Assembly: GCA_020184695.1 (NCBI GenBank)
Contig: JAANOX010000048.1
Location: 24,598-88,597, forward strand
DNA: 64,000 bases
Reading direction: 5' to 3'
DNA from: Histomonas meleagridis 2922-C6/04-290x
Taxonomy: Eukaryota > Protista > Parabasalia
Part shown: piece by piece, positions 31,518 to 41,081 of the stretch
Layout: each line of letters begins with the position of its first letter
How positions within the stretch are numbered: position 1 is the stretch's first letter
The notes under the pieces: generated by a model
The model's database searches: none
The model's input: only the letters and a program-made list of their open reading frames with translations
Told to the model about the DNA's origin: nothing
Program-made: the position numbers and the translations under genes

Positions 31518-34500
31518 ATGACCTGTCAAGACACAATCGAACTAAAAACCCTATCAGGAAAATTAAAATATTCCTCAATCCTACGCGTTCCATTCATCAC
31601 CGTTTTTGCCGAAGAAATAAGTAAGATGAAAGCAAGAATCAATATTAAATGTTCATTCCACAAATCATTACACATAGTCTTTGCTTTCTTTAACATCCTC
31701 TTGTTTTTAGGTCCATCCTTTTTTGTTGAATCATCGATTATATGGGAAAGTGATTCGATTATTAGTCAGATTCTACGGATTTTTGGATATTTCTGGCAGT
31801 TTTATTCAGGCTCAGTAAGACAGATTTGTTCCTTTATATACTTAATACTAATAATTCTTACAGAAATCCTAATTTTCATAAAAAATTTCAAATTTAAAAT
31901 TGAACAGATCATTGATACTAAGCAATCTCAAGCTATTCTTCTTCTGGAGAAGTTTATCTGTCCACTTTTATTTGTTCCATCATGTTCTTGTGTTTCTGAT
32001 TTCATTAGTATAATTATGAATAACAATATTCAAGTTCTTCCAATCATCAATATCATACTTTTTGTCATTGTTTTATTAATATATCCATATGGTTATTATA
32101 TTATTTCCACACGACTTTTAGTTGAAGATAATCCAATTCATGAATGGTCCCCAGAGCATAATCTTATCTGGTTATTTTCATGCGGAGTCTTATCCATCCT
32201 TAGCTCTACCATTAATTTTGGCAAACAATGGCATTTTTCCAATCTCATAATAGGAGCGGTAATATATATTGCATTAGGAATTTATTTTTATTATCTTTCA
32301 CCATTTCTCAAGCGGCGGATGTCACTAACATATTCTGCTATCTCATTTACCGGATTTATTTTAACATTATCTGAATTATTATGTGTTGTTATCAAACCTA
32401 TAGATTCAGGAATATTTATACTATTAGCACTCATAGCGTTTATAGCCTTCTTTTTATTGTTAACATTAATACAAAAATATCATTTACGAAGTATCTTAAC
32501 AATATTTTCAAGATGTGAAAATGACCCAACTAATGAAGAACAAATATTAATGGAGAAATGGAAATCGCCGAATTTATTTGCAGCAGCAGTTCGAAATTGT
32601 TTTGATGTCTTTGATCCATATTTATTATCATGGAAACCATTTAGTATATATTTACAACGCTTTCCAGAGAATCATCAATTATGTTATTTATGTTGTCGAA
32701 TTAATTCATTATTTCCTAAGCAAACTGAATTCTTTCGATGGCTTATTTCTCATTTTGAAGATTTAAAGCCGACATCAATTCGTTCCACATTTTTATATCA
32801 ATTATTATATTTATCATATTCAAGAATTAATGAAACGACACCATTAATCTTTTCTAAATTTGAGAAAGCAAATAAAATGTCGAATCATATTCAAGCATTA
32901 CAACGACGATTTTGGGAGAAATTATTACAGAAATCACTTGGAAGTTTTTGGTCATCTGTTTCATCATTAACTAATTCAACTGATAAATTAAATGTTGAAT
33001 ATCAACAATTATTAGAAGCATATCCTAATAACAAAGATATTGTCAAGAAATATTGTAATTTCTTATATGAAATTAAAGCAGATATAGAAGGATTTAATTA
33101 TTGGAGTCATCGATATCGACAAATGCAAATGGGGAAGAAGTTAAATATTGATCCAGCATTAGAAAGAGCATTACCATTTTTACCTGAATTACAACAAATA
33201 TGTGATGATGCAGTAGGTGATGTATCTAAGACTACAATGATTAGTATATCTATAGATGAAGATGTATCTTCTTCAGGGAATCAATTAAAGACAAGTTTCC
33301 AACAAATTATATCAAAGAGTAAATTCGGTGAACATAAATGTAATATGTTTATAATAATATTAGGTACATTAATATCATTAATCTTCTTTATAATATTAGT
33401 AATTACTTTCCAACAAAATTATATTGATAATTTTACTAATTCTGGTACATTTATATTTAATTTTAATCAATTAATTTTAGATTTCGTTCGTACATCAGAA
33501 ATTATTTCATTATATCCATTATTTAATAGTGGAATTAAAGAATTTACTCCAACAGATGAAATATTTCAAACTATAGTTAGTCCAATTTTATATAATAGTA
33601 ATCGAATTCCTAAATGGAATTATAACAAAACTATAGTTGTGAATGAAATATCAAATTTAAGAGAAACTTTAAATAACTTTGATAGTATCTTTGATAATTT
33701 AGGATCATCAGATGAATTTAATTTGATTTATGAACGAATATATGTAACACCTTATAAAGATAATCAAAATATATTAAATTATTTAAGGAATACATTATTA
33801 ACATTTACAAATTTAATTGAATTAAGTTCAAATGACTTTTTATCAGATTCACGATTTTTAGAATTTGATCAAGAAATGGATGATTTCTCTAATAATATTG
33901 TTAATATATCTGAAGATTTATATAATATAATTATCTCAAATCTTAGTTCTAAGAATCAAACAATTAATATCTTTTTAATTATAATATTTTTAGTCGTATT
34001 TGTATTAATTGAAATTCCTTGTATCTTTCGACATTTATCAAATACAATTGAATCATCAGCAATATGTAATGCATTTGCTTCTATACCTAATTCATCAATT
34101 CATGACTTATTATTAAAATATGATAATTCTAAGAAATCTAAGAATGAAGGTGAGAATGAAAATAAAGGTCGTGAAATAATATTAAATATGCGACGTAAAG
34201 ATAAAAGTACAACAGAAATATCATTATTATTTATATTTAATATGTTATTTATCTTAATTGGTTCATTAATAGTTTATTTCTTTACTTATATAATACCTGA
34301 TGAAACTACATTAAATTTACATAGAGCTTCTTATTTACATAGACCTTTCATTAATGAATATTTATCATTTTATAGAATGAGTCGTATTATAACTATTGAT
34401 TCATTTAATCCTTCTACACAAACAACAGAAATTCAAGAAATGCGTAAACTTGAAATTGACTATTTTACAACTGATTGTACCTCATTCAAGACGAATGTAA

Positions 34501-36128
34501 CGTATTCAATTTGGGGTGATTTATCATTAGCAGAATGTTTATTTAAATCGAATGAAGAAATTGATTATTATGAAGATTTAATCCCTTATGTAATGGATAT
34601 ATCGAGTGAAGTAGCGCCACATTTAACTACATTTGAAGAACTTGCTACACATGATTTCTTATTTTCATTGGATTTATTATTAACGGCATTAAATTCATTT
34701 GCTACTGAATCAGAAAATAATTTAGTACCATTAAATACTTATACTAATTCATGGCAATATATATATTATTTCATCCAATTTTTAGATGAAGAACGTAATG
34801 ATAAATTTATTAATATAGTTATTAATCAAGTATATTCATCATTTAATCATTATCAAAGTATATCGATTATATTATTAATTATAGTAATTATAGCACAATT
34901 AATAATATTATTAATTACTTTATATTATTTCCATTCGAAAACTAAATATATTAAGAATTCATTATATTTCTTATTATTCTTTGAACCACAAGAAATTTTA
35001 GAACTTAAAGCTATTTCTGACTTATTAAATTCGATTGTTGAAACAGATACTAAAATTCATGAATCATTTGAAAATGCTGAACGAATATTAGAAAGATTAT
35101 CAGAGCCAATTACATTACTTGATAACAACTTAATCTTTTTAGATACTAATTTAGCATTTACTGAATTAATTGGTAAAAACAAAGATGAAATTATAGGTAA
35201 TTATATCTCTGATATATTAATGAACATTACTAATGATCCAGATTCAAGTGAAAAGTTAATTATTAATATATTAGATTCTTTACGAGGTAATTCATTACCT
35301 TCTTTTGAAGAGAAATATGATTTGAAAATGCCGAATAATGAAATCAAAACGATATTAATTAATGTAATCTTAATTACGCCAATAGGTAAAGCTACTGAAT
35401 CAATGTTAGATCAAGTAAATTCTATTGCATTAATATTAACTGATTTAACTCAACAATTACAACGTGAAAAACTTTATGAAGAAGAACACCAAAAACTTAC
35501 ACAAATCTTAACAAGTATTTTACCTTTGAACATAGTACAACAATTACAAAATGGTATAAAATCAATTTCATTCTCTGTACAATCTGGTACTTTTGGATAT
35601 ATACAAATGTCTTTAGGTCATATATTAGGTGATAATGATATATCTCAAAGATTTACTTTAATGAATTCGATATATTCATATTTCGATAAATATATTCAAG
35701 AATTCCCATTATTAACGAAAATTAGAATTATGTCAAATGTATATTCGTATGCTGGCGGTATATTCGGTACTGTAAATAAACCTGAGAAACATGCAGAAGA
35801 GGCAATAAGATTCGCGTTGAAGTTAATACAAGAAATTGAGTACATATCAAAAGAAGTGGGAGCTACAATACAACTGAAAGTAGGTATTAACACAGGAGGA
35901 CCAGTGTTCGGTGGTATTGTGTCATTGGATTCGCCGCAGTTTCAATTGGTAGGACCTGCAACAGAAGTCGCACATCAAATGATGCTGAAGTCTTTGCCTT
36001 CGAAAATACATATAACGAGATCAGTGTACGAACTTGTGTACGGATTTAACTTTAACGTGGTACAGAGAGGAGACGTAAAGATATCGAGAAATAGAACGGT
36101 GTCAACTTATATTATTTCTTTGAATTGA
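31518..36128 (+). CDS. Multi-pass transmembrane class III nucleotide cyclase homologue with PAS-like domain; catalytic residues lost
   Basis: N-terminal TM bundle, further TM pairs, PAS-like segment (FLDTNLAFTELIG...EIIG) and a C-terminal cyclase fold (KVGINTGGPVFGG, IHITRSVYEL). Typical parabasalid transmembrane cyclase architecture. Confidence 0.85.
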   Translation: MTCQDTIELKTLSGKLKYSSILRVPFITVFAEEISKMKARINIKCSFHKSLHIVFAFFNILLFLGPSFFVESSIIWESDSIISQILRIFGYFWQFYSGSVRQICSFIYLILIILTEILIFIKNFKFKIEQIIDTKQSQAILLLEKFICPLLFVPSCSCVSDFISIIMNNNIQVLPIINIILFVIVLLIYPYGYYIISTRLLVEDNPIHEWSPEHNLIWLFSCGVLSILSSTINFGKQWHFSNLIIGAVIYIALGIYFYYLSPFLKRRMSLTYSAISFTGFILTLSELLCVVIKPIDSGIFILLALIAFIAFFLLLTLIQKYHLRSILTIFSRCENDPTNEEQILMEKWKSPNLFAAAVRNCFDVFDPYLLSWKPFSIYLQRFPENHQLCYLCCRINSLFPKQTEFFRWLISHFEDLKPTSIRSTFLYQLLYLSYSRINETTPLIFSKFEKANKMSNHIQALQRRFWEKLLQKSLGSFWSSVSSLTNSTDKLNVEYQQLLEAYPNNKDIVKKYCNFLYEIKADIEGFNYWSHRYRQMQMGKKLNIDPALERALPFLPELQQICDDAVGDVSKTTMISISIDEDVSSSGNQLKTSFQQIISKSKFGEHKCNMFIIILGTLISLIFFIILVITFQQNYIDNFTNSGTFIFNFNQLILDFVRTSEIISLYPLFNSGIKEFTPTDEIFQTIVSPILYNSNRIPKWNYNKTIVVNEISNLRETLNNFDSIFDNLGSSDEFNLIYERIYVTPYKDNQNILNYLRNTLLTFTNLIELSSNDFLSDSRFLEFDQEMDDFSNNIVNISEDLYNIIISNLSSKNQTINIFLIIIFLVVFVLIEIPCIFRHLSNTIESSAICNAFASIPNSSIHDLLLKYDNSKKSKNEGENENKGREIILNMRRKDKSTTEISLLFIFNMLFILIGSLIVYFFTYIIPDETTLNLHRASYLHRPFINEYLSFYRMSRIITIDSFNPSTQTTEIQEMRKLEIDYFTTDCTSFKTNVTYSIWGDLSLAECLFKSNEEIDYYEDLIPYVMDISSEVAPHLTTFEELATHDFLFSLDLLLTALNSFATESENNLVPLNTYTNSWQYIYYFIQFLDEERNDKFINIVINQVYSSFNHYQSISIILLIIVIIAQLIILLITLYYFHSKTKYIKNSLYFLLFFEPQEILELKAISDLLNSIVETDTKIHESFENAERILERLSEPITLLDNNLIFLDTNLAFTELIGKNKDEIIGNYISDILMNITNDPDSSEKLIINILDSLRGNSLPSFEEKYDLKMPNNEIKTILINVILITPIGKATESMLDQVNSIALILTDLTQQLQREKLYEEEHQKLTQILTSILPLNIVQQLQNGIKSISFSVQSGTFGYIQMSLGHILGDNDISQRFTLMNSIYSYFDKYIQEFPLLTKIRIMSNVYSYAGGIFGTVNKPEKHAEEAIRFALKLIQEIEYISKEVGATIQLKVGINTGGPVFGGIVSLDSPQFQLVGPATEVAHQMMLKSLPSKIHITRSVYELVYGFNFNVVQRGDVKISRNRTVSTYIISLN

Positions 36129-36214
36129 ATTGTTTGATTAATAAATGATTTTATTATAATTTGGTGAAACATAAATCAGAAAAAATATATTTATGTGTCG
36201 AAGCTATTACGCGC

Positions 36215-36492
36215 TTTCAGGAGTGAACGATGTGTAAAGAATTTAATCTGCTATTACTAAGTTATCATATGATCATATGAAAACATATGTTTTCAAGAGT
36301 AAACGTTGTGTAAAAAATGTTATCTGCTACCACGTTATCATATGTTTTCAAGAGTAAACGTTGTGTAAAGAATGTTATCGCTTTTGCTAAGCTAACACTT
36401 GTTTTCAAGAGTGAACGCTGTGTAAAGAATTTCATCTGCTATTACTAAGTTATCACTTGTTTGCATGAGCAGGCGCTGTGAAAACAATCAGC
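36215..36492. repeat. Non-coding tandem array, 4 full plus 1 partial units of 55-58 bp
   Basis: Units start at 36215, 36290, 36345, 36402 and 36460; approximate consensus TTTTCAAGAGTRAACGYTGTGTAAAGAATKTTATCTGCTATTACTAAGTTATCAYWTG. Confidence 0.9.
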
Positions 36493-36762
36493 AAAATCAA
36501 GTAAAAATTAACATTGTGCTTCATTTCAAACTTTATATATAAACAAATGTTACTAATATTTCTATATCAATAAAGTTATTTCACTGATTTTTCAAATGTT
36601 GCTTCAAAGCTTTCTTCTTTATGAAGCATAATGTTGAATCGGTTACCAAACCAAAAATTCATTTACAATGCGATTCAGAAAAGAAATCATACGAAAACGT
36701 TTCTCTAGAAAACTCTTTGAATTTTACCAATGCAAAAAGATAATATCTGAAATTAATTTCGT

Positions 36763-37605
36763 TTACTGACGTGGTGGGAGACCAGCAGCTGCAAGACGTT
36801 CGTTGAGGAGTCTCTTGCGTTCTTCTGGTGAGAGCCTCTTTGCGTGTGGCTTCTTGAGTTGGTAATGTGTTGTTGCCTTTGGAGCTGGATCTGGGTTAGC
36901 GCGGATGGCCTTGTGTGCTTCGGTGTAAATCTTTTCGAGATTTTCTGGTGCGATGCCTTCTTTGATGTAGCGTGAGAATTGTCTCTTGTAGGCATCTTCG
37001 TTTTCGGACTTAAGTTTCTTCATGTAATCAGCAATGTGGCCACCGAGGATGAAGTACCTTTGCTTCTTTTCCTTTTCGCCACCAGCAATACGTGTGTCGC
37101 TATGTGGAACAAATAATCCGCCATCAACAGCTCCTTTCATAACACCGAAAACACGTGCACCTGTGGTTGTACGACGAAGACCAACATCAAGGAGAACTTT
37201 GAATGGACGGCGAGCATCTTCATCTTCTTCTTCTGGATTGACGGCTGTCTTGAAGATTTCGTCAAGGCCAAGCTTCTTGAGGAGTCTACGAGCAACAAGT
37301 AAACCAGTGCAGTAAGCTGCTGGATAGTTAGCAAGACCAAGCTTGATTCCATACTTAACAAGTTCGGTGGATTGGGCTTGGGCCATTGTAACATCGTGGT
37401 CAAGTTCAGCATAAACAATTTGAGCGATGACCTTTGTATTTGTGATACGAGCAACAAGACGATATTTCTTAGCACCATACTTTGTCTTATCTTGTTGAAT
37501 TAATGATGAACGTTGAACATAATCAGTCTTGCATTCACGCCTCCTGCGGAATGGGGTTTGGTAACGTGAAAAGTAAGATGAGTTCTTGATGATCTTTGCA
37601 GACAT
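36763..37605 (-). CDS. RPL5: 60S ribosomal protein L5 (uL18)
   Basis: YFSRYQTPFRRRRECKTDY, NYPAAYCTGLLVARR, LDVGL..TTGARVFG.MKGAVDGGL, YKRQFSRYIK. Confidence 0.97.
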   Translation of the reverse strand: MSAKIIKNSSYFSRYQTPFRRRRECKTDYVQRSSLIQQDKTKYGAKKYRLVARITNTKVIAQIVYAELDHDVTMAQAQSTELVKYGIKLGLANYPAAYCTGLLVARRLLKKLGLDEIFKTAVNPEEEDEDARRPFKVLLDVGLRRTTTGARVFGVMKGAVDGGLFVPHSDTRIAGGEKEKKQRYFILGGHIADYMKKLKSENEDAYKRQFSRYIKEGIAPENLEKIYTEAHKAIRANPDPAPKATTHYQLKKPHAKRLSPEERKRLLNERLAAAGLPPRQ

Positions 37606-37612
37606 TGTGCAA

Positions 37613-37666
37613 AAAGGAGGAACACATCAAACCGCTGTCAAAACACGTGTGGCCATTTGTCACTTT
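37613..37666 (-). promoter_or_regulatory. Parabasalid M5 + M3 (+ M2) core promoter of RPL5
   Basis: On the minus strand: CCTTT (37617-37613), AGCGGTTT (37636-37629) and AAAGTGAC (37666-37659), matching Trichomonas core-promoter motifs. Confidence 0.75.
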
Positions 37667-37751
37667 TCTGCCTGTGAAATCATTTTAAGTGTGTTTGACC
37701 GCATTAGCATGCAAAAAGTCAATTTCGTCGTCAAACAGCTTCACCAAAAGC

Positions 37752-40478
37752 ATGGATCAAATTGCTTTTTATCTGAGCAAATTCGTCGAGACTAATTCTG
37801 TTATTATTCAAAATTACTTGCTTTTGAGTCGTACTTTAGAAAGTGAGTATTCAATTATTTTTTTATTTGCAGGAATTATTTCATTTTTATGTTCTTTTGT
37901 TATTTCACAAATTCACTCAATCTCTAGGCTTCCAAACATTGCATTTTCTATTGGATATCTCATATGGGGAATCACATTTTTGATATATTCTAGACAAGAC
38001 ATTCCAGATTTTGTAATTGCCTTATTATTTATAACGTCAACAATCTCACGCACAGGGTTCAGATTAATTGAACTGGATTATAAAGATGTGAATCAAAAGC
38101 TGTTATCAATTATTCCATTTCTTAGTGTATTAACTTTACCCATTTGTTTAAATGACAAACTTTCCTTTGTTTATGGAGTCCTTTCAATATTTTCTGCAGT
38201 AATTGCTTTCTCTATGAAATCACCAAAAAGTAAGCCAACAAAATACAATTTAAAGGAAATGATTTCAGTTTTTAAGCCTTCAATGCTTGATGAAAATATA
38301 ACGTTTGTTCTGTTATTTTCCTTTTTGTTATTAATAATTATTAATGAACAAATGTCAATTTTATCATTTTTAGAAACATTCAACACTATTGCCAAGCCTG
38401 TTTTTGTTGCTGTTTTCTTGGGTCTTATTGGATTGTCATTCATTATTGATTTTACAAATTTCAAAAGCACTGGTACAAAACTTGCCATCTCTTTAATTGC
38501 TGGTGTTATATGCCTTAAGCTCTCAGTTAGTCTCTTACATTATGTTGGAGTTGCTCTTCTCACACTTGGAATCATTTCACTTGAGAATCAAATTCGAGCA
38601 ATGCTTTCTGACTACGTTCCACAATCTGTTACATCGAGTTTTATCACTACATTTGAGTCTCTTTCCATTCTTTTCCCTCTTTTCGGTTCCCACTTTTTGA
38701 TAGTTTCCGCTTTTTCAATATTAATTTTATCTATCGTTCTTCCTCAATATCTTCGTTCTAAAACACAAATACTTATGACTCCTTATGCCGAAAAAATGTC
38801 TCGTGATTTACCATGGAATGAATATCCTCGTCCTCAATTTAAACGTGATTCATTTTTCAATCTTAATGGAAAATGGAATTATAAAATTACTTCTTCTAAT
38901 GTCATACCAGAAAATATTGACGGTGAAATTCTTGTTCCGTTCCCACTTGAATCCATCTTAAGTGGTGTTGGTAAATCACTTTCTAAAACACAATTTTTGT
39001 ATTACAAGAGAACGTTTATTTTACCTAATGATTTTGTTAAAGATAAATTATTACTTCATTTTGGAGCTGTTGATTGTATTGCCACTGTTTTCTTAAATGG
39101 CAAAGAACTTATTACACATGTTGGAGGTTATATACCCTTTCAAATCGATATCACATCTTCTGTAAATTATAATTCTGAGAACACGCTAATTGTTCGAGTT
39201 CAAGATCAACTCGATCACAAATATCCATACGGAAAGCAAAGGAAGGACCGAGGCGGCATGTGGTATACACCTGTAAGCGGCATTTGGCAAACAGTTTGGG
39301 TTGAAAGTGTATCAAATGATTACATTGAAAGTCTCAAAATTTTACCCGACATTGACCGCAGCCAAGTCACAATTCAAGTCAATGGCACAACATCCGAAAA
39401 GACAATCACCATTTATCAAGATGATAAATATCAAAAATCGATTCTTTCCACTACATTTACCGATAATAGTACCACTATTAACATTCCTAATGCACATCTT
39501 TGGTCACCTGAAGATCCACATCTTTATTACTTCACAATCTCTACATCCACAGATACAATCAAATCATATTTTGCAATGCGCAAATTTAGTATTGACAAAC
39601 AACAAAAGCGTCTTTGCCTCAACAATAAGCCTTACTTCTTCAATGGCCTTCTTGACCAAGGCTACTTCAGCGATGGCATTTTCTTACCAGCCACAAGCGA
39701 AGGGTACAAAGACGACATAATACGTATGAAAGAACTCGGTTTTAATACATTACGGAAGCACATCAAAATCGAGCCATTAATTTTTTATTATTTATGTGAT
39801 ATCTATGGCATGGTCATATTCCAAGATTTTGTTAATAACACTGACTATTCGTTCATTATCGACACAGCATTACCTACTATAGGATTAAAGAAACTTAACG
39901 ACGAGAAATTCCGAGTGCCGAAAGTGAACAAAGAAATTTTCATCCAAACTATGAATGAAACTGTTTCGTTGTTATATAATTCACCATGCATTGGTTATTG
40001 GACTATCTTTAATGAAGGCTGGGGACAATTCGAAAGTTCCCGTGTTTATCATATATTACAAAAACTCGATTCAACACGAATCATTGATAGTCATTCAGGT
40101 TGGTTTAATGGTGGCGAAAGTGACGTAGAAAGTTTGCACATATATTTCAAGCAACTTTATGATGTTGAATCTGATTTACCATTAGTCCTAAGTGAATTCG
40201 GTGGATATTCTTATAAAATTGATGAAAACTCTTTTAACACTGAACATAATTACGGATATCGTTTATATAATGATCAAGCTGATTTCCAAAAAGGTTTCGT
40301 TAATTTGTATGAAAACGAAGTAATGCCATTGATTAAAAAGGGTTTGTGTGCTTGTATATATACACAAGTAAGTGATGTTGAAGATGAAACAAATGGAATT
40401 TTAACATATGATAGAAAGGTGTGTAAGCTAAAGAAAGATGAAATTGTTGAAATGATGAAAAAGCTTAAGATTGAGTAA
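37752..40478 (+). CDS. Fusion of a 12-TM MFS-like membrane domain (aa 1-341) and a glycoside hydrolase family 2 enzyme
   Basis: Single stop-free frame from ATG 37752. Twelve hydrophobic segments (6+6) are followed from 38775 by MTPYAE...EYPRPQFKRDSFFNLNGKW, LHFGAVD, GIWQTVW, GLLDQGY..DG, RKHIK, WTIFNEGWGQ and LSEFGG. Confidence 0.85.
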   Translation: MDQIAFYLSKFVETNSVIIQNYLLLSRTLESEYSIIFLFAGIISFLCSFVISQIHSISRLPNIAFSIGYLIWGITFLIYSRQDIPDFVIALLFITSTISRTGFRLIELDYKDVNQKLLSIIPFLSVLTLPICLNDKLSFVYGVLSIFSAVIAFSMKSPKSKPTKYNLKEMISVFKPSMLDENITFVLLFSFLLLIIINEQMSILSFLETFNTIAKPVFVAVFLGLIGLSFIIDFTNFKSTGTKLAISLIAGVICLKLSVSLLHYVGVALLTLGIISLENQIRAMLSDYVPQSVTSSFITTFESLSILFPLFGSHFLIVSAFSILILSIVLPQYLRSKTQILMTPYAEKMSRDLPWNEYPRPQFKRDSFFNLNGKWNYKITSSNVIPENIDGEILVPFPLESILSGVGKSLSKTQFLYYKRTFILPNDFVKDKLLLHFGAVDCIATVFLNGKELITHVGGYIPFQIDITSSVNYNSENTLIVRVQDQLDHKYPYGKQRKDRGGMWYTPVSGIWQTVWVESVSNDYIESLKILPDIDRSQVTIQVNGTTSEKTITIYQDDKYQKSILSTTFTDNSTTINIPNAHLWSPEDPHLYYFTISTSTDTIKSYFAMRKFSIDKQQKRLCLNNKPYFFNGLLDQGYFSDGIFLPATSEGYKDDIIRMKELGFNTLRKHIKIEPLIFYYLCDIYGMVIFQDFVNNTDYSFIIDTALPTIGLKKLNDEKFRVPKVNKEIFIQTMNETVSLLYNSPCIGYWTIFNEGWGQFESSRVYHILQKLDSTRIIDSHSGWFNGGESDVESLHIYFKQLYDVESDLPLVLSEFGGYSYKIDENSFNTEHNYGYRLYNDQADFQKGFVNLYENEVMPLIKKGLCACIYTQVSDVEDETNGILTYDRKVCKLKKDEIVEMMKKLKIE

Positions 40479-41081
40479 ATATTTGTTTTAGTTTTTATGA
40501 TTTTCTTCAAAGAGAAAAAATTTTTTCTATTTCATTATTAAAAGTAAATGACATCAAGTTTTGATACAAAAATGTAATGCCGATAATTTTTCGTGCGTGC
40601 TTATTCACGACTTATTTGACACTATTCAAATCTTTGAAGTAAATTTAACAAAATTGTTCAAATTTCAGCGTTTATTTATTTTTGATAGCAACTTGCATAA
40701 ACTTTAAGAAAAATTCAATTCCACTTACGGTTTTTAAACGGCAAGTTTATGCTGCGTTTTAATATTTTCTATGAGTTTCACAATGGGATTTCTTTTTGCT
40801 TTGCTTAAATATTTACGCCTATAAGAAATTGTTAATAAAATTTATTGGGTCATTTTTCATGTACATTAAAAATGAAACCCAAACCTATGTCTACAATGTT
40901 CATAATAATTTTCATAAGTGTGAAAGAGACCACAGTTTAATTTTAAATTAACCGCCAACATACCTCACAGAATCGACGTGGTTTTAAATATTGTAACTTT
41001 TTGAGATAATATTCAACGGTTTCAGCCATATTTCAATTGCAATTCAAAGCTGGACAACCACAAAGCAATATTACCCTCAAT

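Noticed and set aside
36215-36492. CRISPR array
   Set aside because: The inter-repeat parts are homologous to each other rather than unique spacers, there are no cas genes, and the context is eukaryotic.
37689-37751. Track 5' extensions using TTG/GTG starts (also at 1593, 41037, 51426, 53920) and upstream in-frame ATGs (2396, 4690, 6244)
   Set aside because: Homology and Inr or signal-peptide context begin at the downstream ATGs, so starts were trimmed accordingly.
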